Shown here piece by piece: positions 34,133 to 40,701 of a stretch of 57,298 nucleotides of DNA. The position numbers and the translations under genes were made by a program. Source of the DNA: a virus. Positions within the stretch are counted from its first letter, which is position 1, and each line of letters begins with the position of its first letter. The notes beneath the pieces are model-generated. The model worked only from the letters and a program-made list of their open reading frames with translations, did not search any database and was not told where the DNA came from. The stretch is taken from positions 1 through 57,298 of IMG/VR virus record IMGVR_UViG_3300022670_000646, one strand, 5' to 3'.

Positions 34133-34151
34133 GGGGTGACATTGTCACCCC
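34133..34151. promoter_or_regulatory. 19-bp perfect palindrome GGGGTGACA-T-TGTCACCCC, copy 3
   Basis: Located in the divergent control region between the RHH gene and the plus-strand recombination operon, 14 nt upstream of ATG 34166. Confidence 0.65.
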
Positions 34152-34165
34152 TAGAGGAACCAACC

Positions 34166-35224
34166 ATGACTGAAAAGAGCGCCGAAGACTTCATACCTGG
34201 GCAGGACGAGCTCGACAGCCCGGGCACGCTGATCAATTTCAACATCAACGACGTGCGCATTGCCGAAGCCAAGGAGGAATTCAAAGCAATTGATGCGGCC
34301 GTCGACATGGATGCCGCCAAGAAAGCCAAGAAGGTGCTCACCAAGATGCGCACCACGCTGGCTGACGCTCACAAGGAGCAAAAAGCGGAGGCCCTAGCCC
34401 ATGGACAGAAGCTCGACGCCGAGAAGCGCCGCCTGCTGGCGCTGATCGCAGAGGTAGAGGACCCCATCAGCAAGCAGATCACGACCATAAAGAATGCCAT
34501 CGAACGCCAAGAAGAAGATCGTATTGGCAAGATACAAGAGGCCATTCAGGTAATCGCAGACCTCGCCGAGGACCGCCACAGCCTGACCCTCGAGGAGCTG
34601 GAAGCACGCTACGGACAAGTCAGTACGATTTCGCTGACCGAGGAGGTGTATCAGGAGGAAATTGAACGCGCCGGCACCGTCAAGGAAGACGCTGAAATGA
34701 AGCTGCGTATCACTATTTCCAACGAAAAGGAGCGACTCGAAGAAGTGGCCAATCAGGAGGAAATCAGGTCTGAAAATGAACGTCGGCAAAAGGAGCTGGA
34801 CGAACGCCTGGCCAAGCTGGACGTGGAGGAGGCCGAGCGTAAGGCTGCACAGAAGAAGACCGATGACGCTGCGGCCGAGAAACTGGCCAAGGAGAACGCT
34901 GAAAAGCAGGCCGAACTGGATCGCCAAGCCGAGGAAAACCGCAAGGCCAAGAAGCTAATCTACGACGAGAATGTGCGCATTGATCAAGAGAGGGCTGACA
35001 AGGAGGAGCGTGAGCGCAAGGAGCGGGAGCAACTCGAGGCCACTGAGCGGGCTCTCAAGCTGGCTCCTGACACCGAGAAGCTTGAGATATATGCCGAGCA
35101 GTTATGCAGTATCCCTGAGCCAGAGCTTGATACCGACGCGGGCAAACGTGTGCTGGCGCTGACCGTTGAAAAGCTGTTAGTCGCGATCAACTATATCCAC
35201 GACGAAACGAGGAAAATGAAATGA
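34166..35224 (+). CDS. DUF1351-like coiled-coil protein (recombination-module partner of ERF)
   Basis: 352 aa from ATG 34166 (AGAGGAA SD). Extremely Glu/Lys/Ala-rich coiled coil. Its position upstream of erf is typical. Confidence 0.65.
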   Translation: MTEKSAEDFIPGQDELDSPGTLINFNINDVRIAEAKEEFKAIDAAVDMDAAKKAKKVLTKMRTTLADAHKEQKAEALAHGQKLDAEKRRLLALIAEVEDPISKQITTIKNAIERQEEDRIGKIQEAIQVIADLAEDRHSLTLEELEARYGQVSTISLTEEVYQEEIERAGTVKEDAEMKLRITISNEKERLEEVANQEEIRSENERRQKELDERLAKLDVEEAERKAAQKKTDDAAAEKLAKENAEKQAELDRQAEENRKAKKLIYDENVRIDQERADKEERERKEREQLEATERALKLAPDTEKLEIYAEQLCSIPEPELDTDAGKRVLALTVEKLLVAINYIHDETRKMK

Positions 35225-36102
35225 GTGAGTCAACCCCAGCGGAACAGCAGATTTATAAATGTGTCCACGAAGTCACAGGACCTATCGACGAAAAGCTGAG
35301 CCAGTTATCGAAAGACTTTATCGAGTCGCACGATGGCCTACAGGACGGCGTATTAAAGTTAAGGCAGCATCTCAATGGCATCGAAGCCATGCTCGAGAAC
35401 ATTGAGAAAGCACCATCAACGCCTAACCGGGCTGAGCTGTACGCTGCACTGGCCAAGGCTCAGGGAGAAATGAAGCCTGCCGAGAAAAACAAGACAGCCG
35501 AGATTCGCAAGAAAGATGACTACAACATCATCTTGTACACGTTTAAGTACGCCGATCTTGCGTCTTGCCTCGAGGCAATTCGTAAGCCATTTGCTGATAA
35601 TGAGCTGTGCCTGATTCAGATACCCTCACTGGGCGAGGGCAATGACATACACATGCGCACCGTGATTGGGCACTCGTCAGGGCAGACCGTTTCTTGTGAA
35701 ATGACCATGAAAGCTGCAAGCGATACTCCGCAAGCAATCGGCACCGTCATGGCATACCTGCGGCGTTACTCATTGTGCTCAATAACTGGCGTGGCCCAGT
35801 TCGACGACGATGGCAGCGGTGGCATCAAGGACGAGAGCGACTACCCTCGAATTACAACAGCCGAAGCCGAGCAAATCATCATCAAGGCGGACGAGCTGTG
35901 TGGCGCCCGCGCTGACCAGGTTATAGCCAGGATGCTCAAAGGCGTGTTTGGTGGCATCACCGTGGTAGGCGACATCAAAGCTGGCGAAGCAAAGGTGGCG
36001 CTCGTCAACCTGCAAAACGCGGCTGACCTGATCGAGAAGACGGCCAAAGCAGCCAAGAAAAAGGACAGGGACGACAGGAAGGCTGCGGAGGATCAGGGCT
36101 AG
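35221..36102 (+). CDS. erf: ERF-family single-strand annealing protein
   Basis: 293 aa. LAKAQGEMKPAEKNKTA...YTFKYADLASCLEAIRKPFADNELCLIQ...MAYLRRYSLCSITGV matches ERF. Confidence 0.8.
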   Translation: MSESTPAEQQIYKCVHEVTGPIDEKLSQLSKDFIESHDGLQDGVLKLRQHLNGIEAMLENIEKAPSTPNRAELYAALAKAQGEMKPAEKNKTAEIRKKDDYNIILYTFKYADLASCLEAIRKPFADNELCLIQIPSLGEGNDIHMRTVIGHSSGQTVSCEMTMKAASDTPQAIGTVMAYLRRYSLCSITGVAQFDDDGSGGIKDESDYPRITTAEAEQIIIKADELCGARADQVIARMLKGVFGGITVVGDIKAGEAKVALVNLQNAADLIEKTAKAAKKKDRDDRKAAEDQG

Positions 36103-36106
36103 CCGG

Positions 36107-36538
36107 ATGAATGACAATGTAGTTCCACTATTCCCGGATCCTACCTGCGGAGACCCTGACAATATCACCGGGAAGTATATTCTGGTTGATAAAGTGCCTG
36201 TGTCATGCCCGGATTTGATGCGATGGGGCCGGTTCATGCAGGACGCTGATCGCCACGCTGCGCAAACGATGGTCAAGGGTGTCCGTGTATCCACGGTGTT
36301 CCTCGGTCTTGATCATAACTGGGACGGCGGTCCTCCGGTGCTATTCGAAACCATGATTTTCGGCGGCGAGCACGACGAAGAGTATCAGGAGCGGTGCTGC
36401 ACATGGGCTGAGGCCGAGGATATGCACAAGGCAGCAGTCAAAGTTGCCAAAGTTGGCAAGAAAGTTCCGAGCTACAAGTGGGCCTGTAGAATAAAGGCGA
36501 AACGATTTCGCAAATTTATGAAGCGCTGGCGGCTCTAA
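36107..36538 (+). CDS. Hypothetical protein
   Basis: 143-aa ORF in the recombination operon. Confidence 0.6.
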   Translation: MNDNVVPLFPDPTCGDPDNITGKYILVDKVPVSCPDLMRWGRFMQDADRHAAQTMVKGVRVSTVFLGLDHNWDGGPPVLFETMIFGGEHDEEYQERCCTWAEAEDMHKAAVKVAKVGKKVPSYKWACRIKAKRFRKFMKRWRL

Positions 36539-37195
36539 TTGGACTGCCGCATCATCGCCGTAGAGCAGGGAGATAGTTCTGAGGAGTGGCTTGCCCTGCG
36601 GCGTTGCCGGATCACCTGCTCGCGCCTTGCGGATGTTTGCGCCGGCAAGGACACCAAGCGCTACAAACGATATTTGCAGGAGAAAATCAAGGAACTGTGT
36701 GGCCACAAGAGCGTGGAAGAATCCCCAGAATGGGCCTCGCATGGAAAGGAGAACGAACCGCGCGCGCTGGCCGGCTACGAATTCAAGTACGGCGTCGACG
36801 TCGAGCACAATGTCTTTCTGATTTCCAATAAATATGATTGGTTGTCCTGTTCACCAGATCTGCTGGAGTTGCCGGGATACCTTGTGGGCGGTGAGATAAA
36901 ATGCCGCGAATTATTCAAGAATTACCGCAAGTTTCGCAACGAGGCAGAGGCCCACAAAGGCACCACCCGAGCCTGCCCCGCGAGCGACCGACACCAGGTT
37001 CAAGGTGCAATGTGGGTCTCAGGTTTTAGCTACTGGTGGCACATCAATTTTTATATTGGCGATGACTTGCAAGGCGGCATGGCACAAAAAATTACCAGAG
37101 TTGCCGTACCCAGAGATCAGGCATTGATCGACAAGATGGAGATCAGATGTTTGGAGTTTATGCAGGAAGCCTATCAAGGAGCTGGACTGGCATGA
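36539..37195 (+). CDS. YqaJ/lambda-exonuclease-like PD-(D/E)XK recombination exonuclease
   Basis: 218 aa with a TTG start directly after TAA. QGDSSEEWLALRRCRITCSRLADV, then SCSPD...GGEIKC catalytic-like motifs. Confidence 0.7.
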   Translation: MDCRIIAVEQGDSSEEWLALRRCRITCSRLADVCAGKDTKRYKRYLQEKIKELCGHKSVEESPEWASHGKENEPRALAGYEFKYGVDVEHNVFLISNKYDWLSCSPDLLELPGYLVGGEIKCRELFKNYRKFRNEAEAHKGTTRACPASDRHQVQGAMWVSGFSYWWHINFYIGDDLQGGMAQKITRVAVPRDQALIDKMEIRCLEFMQEAYQGAGLA

Positions 37196-37395
37196 AATAC
37201 GCAGTTGCATTTATGATCTTTTCGCTTGGGATGTTGGCCGGATCCGTTATCACAATTTACGAATACGGTCTCGCAAACACGCAGCGAACCTACGACGCCT
37301 ATCGAGCCTGCATCCAAACATCGCAGTGCCTCATGACGGCACAGGACTACATCGATTATTACAATTTGAAGTGGCAGTTAGAGGAAGAACAGTGA
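37192..37395 (+). CDS. Small membrane protein
   Basis: 67 aa from ATG 37192 (ATGA overlap). N-terminal TM segment AVAFMIFSLGMLAGSVITIY. Confidence 0.5.
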   Translation: MKYAVAFMIFSLGMLAGSVITIYEYGLANTQRTYDAYRACIQTSQCLMTAQDYIDYYNLKWQLEEEQ

Positions 37396-37457
37396 ACCTG
37401 CTATGATGCAAATCCTTGCGTTACCCGGGCCTACCCTGGGACTGAAAAGAGTGGATC

Positions 37458-37480
37458 AAGGGCGCTTCGGCGCCCTTTTT
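37458..37480. terminator. Rho-independent terminator between convergent operons
   Basis: AAGGGCGC-TTCG-GCGCCCTT followed by TTT. Confidence 0.75.
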
Positions 37481-37485
37481 AATGC

Positions 37486-37728
37486 CTACTCAATGCCGAT
37501 GATGGCCTTCAGCGCAGCTTTCACCTCGCCGTCCACCTCCTTGCGGCGCTCAGCCTCAGCTTCGAAGCGTGTCGCAACGTCGATGATCTCTGCATACTGA
37601 TCTTCTGATAGTGATCCGCCAGCGATCAGGTTCACGAATACATCAGCGGTCTCGCGCAAGCTTGGCAAAACCATTGATTCACGACAGCCGCCTATGCATT
37701 GTGCGGCCTTACATTGCTGTTCACTCAT
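37486..37728 (-). CDS. Hypothetical protein (last gene of the late block)
   Basis: 80-aa ORF. Confidence 0.5.
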   Translation of the reverse strand: MSEQQCKAAQCIGGCRESMVLPSLRETADVFVNLIAGGSLSEDQYAEIIDVATRFEAEAERRKEVDGEVKAALKAIIGIE

Positions 37729-38038
37729 TTTCGGGGTCCTCCAAAGGCGTCAATTCGAATCCATGCGCTTTCATTTCTGCGTGGGTCATGGTTTGCTGGA
37801 ATCGGTAGGTTGCCACATCATCGCTGAGTTGTTCAAGGTGGATGTCCTGCTGGTTAATTTTAGCCGATGCCTGCAGCATAAAGAAAAGGCCCATGAATGC
37901 TACTGCGAAACCCATCGCTGCAAGCACCAGGGCGGCGGCTGACAGCCCTACAGCAAGGGCTTCATTCGAAAATTTGCGCGCCAGTTTCGCGCCGAGATTA
38001 ACCTTCTCGTCGAGGTCTTTCGCTTCCGCCATTTGCAT
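37721..38038 (-). CDS. Membrane protein
   Basis: 105 aa with a central TM stretch (LSAAALVLAAMGFAVAFMGLFFML). Confidence 0.5.
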   Translation of the reverse strand: MQMAEAKDLDEKVNLGAKLARKFSNEALAVGLSAAALVLAAMGFAVAFMGLFFMLQASAKINQQDIHLEQLSDDVATYRFQQTMTHAEMKAHGFELTPLEDPENE

Positions 38039-38285
38039 ATCCCAACAAGGTTCTGACGTCTTCGCGAGTTTCCGCGCTTAGGACTGCGATATTTTCCAAC
38101 TGAGCGTCGACAACGGCAATTTTGACGTCATGGGTATCGAGCCGCTGGCCATGGCTTTTGAGTCGCTCACCAATGGAATTAAACCAGTACCTCCAGCCCC
38201 ATATCAAAAGACCAAACACCAGCGCAACAAAGCTGCCAAGCAGAAGGCCCAGCAATACATCCACTACATCGAACTCGTGCATCAT
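37998..38285 (-). CDS. Membrane protein with an N-terminal TM helix
   Basis: 95 aa. VLLGLLLGSFVALVFGLLIWGW. Confidence 0.5.
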   Translation of the reverse strand: MMHEFDVVDVLLGLLLGSFVALVFGLLIWGWRYWFNSIGERLKSHGQRLDTHDVKIAVVDAQLENIAVLSAETREDVRTLLGYANGGSERPRREG

Positions 38286-38343
38286 AAATCATCCGTGAAT
38301 GGGTTTGGGCTATCTTACATACTTGGGAGTTTATGCCCAAATG

Positions 38344-38655
38344 TTATTCGTCATTCTCTGGCGGCGGCAACCCCATCAGCCGGCGCATCGCAAGCTCATC
38401 TGCGCGGCGATTCTGCTCAATATCCTCGGCATTCTCCTCGCCAGTGCGCCTGTTGTGGGCGATGCTAGTGTCCATGTTGACGATCTTCGTTGTGCCAGAG
38501 AGGTTTTTGGTAAAGGCGGCATCAACAGCCTTGGTGACGTTGCTCGAAATCCTCCACTCCATGAGAGCCAGCCCAACGACACTGACCAACGTGAAGGCAG
38601 CAACCAGGCTGGCCAGCAATCCCTTGATCTCCTTGAGTTGATCCCACTTACTCAT
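38344..38655 (-). CDS. Membrane protein with an N-terminal TM helix
   Basis: 103 aa from ATG 38655. LLASLVAAFTLVSVVGLALM. Confidence 0.5.
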   Translation of the reverse strand: MSKWDQLKEIKGLLASLVAAFTLVSVVGLALMEWRISSNVTKAVDAAFTKNLSGTTKIVNMDTSIAHNRRTGEENAEDIEQNRRADELAMRRLMGLPPPENDE

Positions 38656-39361
38656 CCTCGCTCTCCCCATCAGCATACAGGCCGAGAATATAGGCCATGT
38701 CCTCATCGCTGTATTGTTGCGCTGGCGGGGCTTGCTGTTGCGCGATTACCGGGGCTGGTTGCGCTCTTGGTGCCTCCAGTTGCGCAGTCAGGGCATCAAG
38801 TCGCCCTACTATTGAGGCATTTTCTTCCTGCAGGTACTCGATTTCCTGCTCCTGCTGCTGCGAGATTTCGTAGTGTTCATCGAATTGTGCGGCACGATCA
38901 TACAAGCCGTACAAGTCCTCGCCCTCAATAATGGCTGGCTTAAAGTCATGATCAATCTCACAGGCCACCTCGGTCCTATACTCCATAAGAATCTCGGGCT
39001 GATTGCACAGTGCTTGCGCGGCCAGATCGTAGCGACCCTGCTTGAGATAGAACTCGGCCATGCAGACTTGGTTGAGCACCAACTTTTGCTTGCCACCAAT
39101 GAGCAGTGACCACTGCGTCGAGCCAAGGCACTGCGCGATGTCCACATCCCCGAGCCCAGGTGCCACCACGTTGTAGGCACGGTTGCCTCCGGTGCTCAGG
39201 TTCAGCGTGTCACCCGCCACATCGACAGCACCACCAGTGAGCGACACATCGACATTCTGCTCAACATCAGGGCCGCCTGCCCATGCCGGCGAGACCGCCA
39301 TCAAAACCACCAGCATTACCAAGGAGATGATGAACAGATCGATCTTTGTTTGTGCTTTCAT
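38648..39361 (-). CDS. Secreted protein (signal peptide) with an acidic, Gln-rich C-terminus
   Basis: 237 aa. Signal peptide MKAQTKIDLFIISLVMLVVLMAVSPAWAG. Confidence 0.6.
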   Translation of the reverse strand: MKAQTKIDLFIISLVMLVVLMAVSPAWAGGPDVEQNVDVSLTGGAVDVAGDTLNLSTGGNRAYNVVAPGLGDVDIAQCLGSTQWSLLIGGKQKLVLNQVCMAEFYLKQGRYDLAAQALCNQPEILMEYRTEVACEIDHDFKPAIIEGEDLYGLYDRAAQFDEHYEISQQQEQEIEYLQEENASIVGRLDALTAQLEAPRAQPAPVIAQQQAPPAQQYSDEDMAYILGLYADGESEDE

Positions 39362-39795
39362 AGTACCACCTTCGCCACAATGCCCAGAGCAATCAAGCCC
39401 CTGTGAAACCAGTTGTCAATAAAATGGTTGCGCGTCTCGCGTTCGAGTTGCTCCTGCACAATCTGCGTGAATGATCGCTGCAGCTTGCCGACATCGATTA
39501 GCTGGTTGTACGCCTGGCCCATCGCGTCCACGGCAGCAGCATTCTCCTGCGCAATGGTGAAATTGCCCCCTGAAACCGTCATGTAGTCCACTACGGTAGC
39601 GAAATCCTCCTTGGTGAACGTGACTGTGTCGTCAGTCGTGGACGCAGGCGAGGGGAACTCAGGCAGTCTGAGTGGCTGTTGCGCCTCCTCAGTTACCGGC
39701 GTTAGATCCCACTCGGGAATCTCAACTGGACTGCTGGCGCACCCGCTCAGACTCAAAAGCAGAGAGCAGATCATCCATGTCAGAATCCTTTTCAC
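39358..39795 (-). CDS. Lipoprotein, outer-membrane spanin-like, with a hydrophobic C-terminus
   Basis: 145 aa from GTG 39795 (GGAGG SD). Lipobox LSLSGC. The start lies inside the preceding gene in another frame. The C-terminal GLIALGIVAKVVL is hydrophobic. Confidence 0.5.
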   Translation of the reverse strand: MKRILTWMICSLLLSLSGCASSPVEIPEWDLTPVTEEAQQPLRLPEFPSPASTTDDTVTFTKEDFATVVDYMTVSGGNFTIAQENAAAVDAMGQAYNQLIDVGKLQRSFTQIVQEQLERETRNHFIDNWFHRGLIALGIVAKVVL

Positions 39796-40027
39796 TTCGC
39801 GCCTCCAATATGGCTTTCGTTTTTTCGGCGGCGAGTTTAGCATTCGCCTTGTAACCGTCAGATTGTTTCTTGAGTTTCTCGGCCTTGGCCATGCCGGCCT
39901 TGGTGTCGGTAGCAATCTCTTTCTTGCGCCGAGTTTCAACCTTTTCCAGTGCCCGCCCATCGCGACCCAGGATAGCCAGCGCTGCGATCAGCAACAGCCC
40001 GCCAAATCCTATGATCCATTTTTTCAT
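39722..40027 (-). CDS. Inner-membrane spanin-like protein
   Basis: 101 aa from ATG 40027 (ATGA overlap). N-terminal TM segment WIIGFGGLLLIAALAIL, then a charged coiled coil. Confidence 0.5.
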   Translation of the reverse strand: MKKWIIGFGGLLLIAALAILGRDGRALEKVETRRKKEIATDTKAGMAKAEKLKKQSDGYKANAKLAAEKTKAILEARSEKDSDMDDLLSAFESERVRQQSS

Positions 40028-40230
40028 GCGATGCGGTCGACCATCTTGTACCGTTTCTCTGGGACTAGCTTGCCAACCAAGCCGCTGGCAAAGGCAGTCG
40101 ATCCTGCAATAAGCCCCGGGCTGGGGCTGAATTCTGTAAACGTGCCGACCACCTCCCAGATAATCGCAGCGCCAATGCCGGCCAGAAAGGCCCATGTGAT
40201 CGTGCTACTCGGTGCTTTCAAAATACCCAT
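40024..40230 (-). CDS. Holin candidate (two TM helices)
   Basis: 68 aa with two hydrophobic helices and a charged C-terminus (PEKRYKMVDRIA). GGGAGA SD. Adjacent to the endolysin. Confidence 0.5.
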   Translation of the reverse strand: MGILKAPSSTITWAFLAGIGAAIIWEVVGTFTEFSPSPGLIAGSTAFASGLVGKLVPEKRYKMVDRIA

Positions 40231-40240
40231 GTCGATCTCC

Positions 40241-40696
40241 CTATGTAAGTCGCCTCACTCCTAACAATCGCGATGCAGAATACCGCGAAATCTTGACCGT
40301 GTCAGACTGATTGCCACCGAGAATCTCAATGAGTCCGTCAGAGCGACCAGCGTAAAATCCCACATGACCCGGAGCATCGGTGACCTCAGGCCCCGGCTGA
40401 TCTCCCTTTCCGCGCTTGATGATGACGATGTCACCGGCCTCAGCCTGATCGAGCTGGATGCCCTTGCCGACACGTAGCCATGATCGAGCACGAAGATCCT
40501 TGGAGCGAGGATGCCGGCACAGAAAGCAAATGTAGTTCACAAATGCGCTACACCATGGCACTTCGTCATGGCTTGGCCACTTCATATCGAGTCTGAGCAT
40601 GGCCATGATCTGAGGATTGTCGACGTTGCCACCGACCTCCTTGATGCTGGTAAATCGCTGCGCTAAATCAAATGCGTGTTCTTTTGTGAAGTTCAT
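40241..40696 (-). CDS. Endolysin, CHAP/NlpC-P60-like peptidoglycan hydrolase (TIGR02594-like)
   Basis: 151 aa. VPWCSAFVNY (catalytic Cys context) and GHVGFY (His). Confidence 0.7.
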   Translation of the reverse strand: MNFTKEHAFDLAQRFTSIKEVGGNVDNPQIMAMLRLDMKWPSHDEVPWCSAFVNYICFLCRHPRSKDLRARSWLRVGKGIQLDQAEAGDIVIIKRGKGDQPGPEVTDAPGHVGFYAGRSDGLIEILGGNQSDTVKISRYSASRLLGVRRLT

Positions 40697-40701
40697 TAAA
40701 C

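Noticed and set aside
33897-34163. Full 88-aa version of the RHH ORF
   Set aside because: The N-terminal 38 residues are hydrophobic, implausible sequence that run across the promoter and palindrome. The internal ATG at 34049 gives a canonical 50-aa RHH.
34394-34927. 177-aa minus-strand ORF
   Set aside because: Antisense to the Glu/Lys-rich coiled-coil gene. Its Leu/Phe-rich sequence mirrors that gene's codons.
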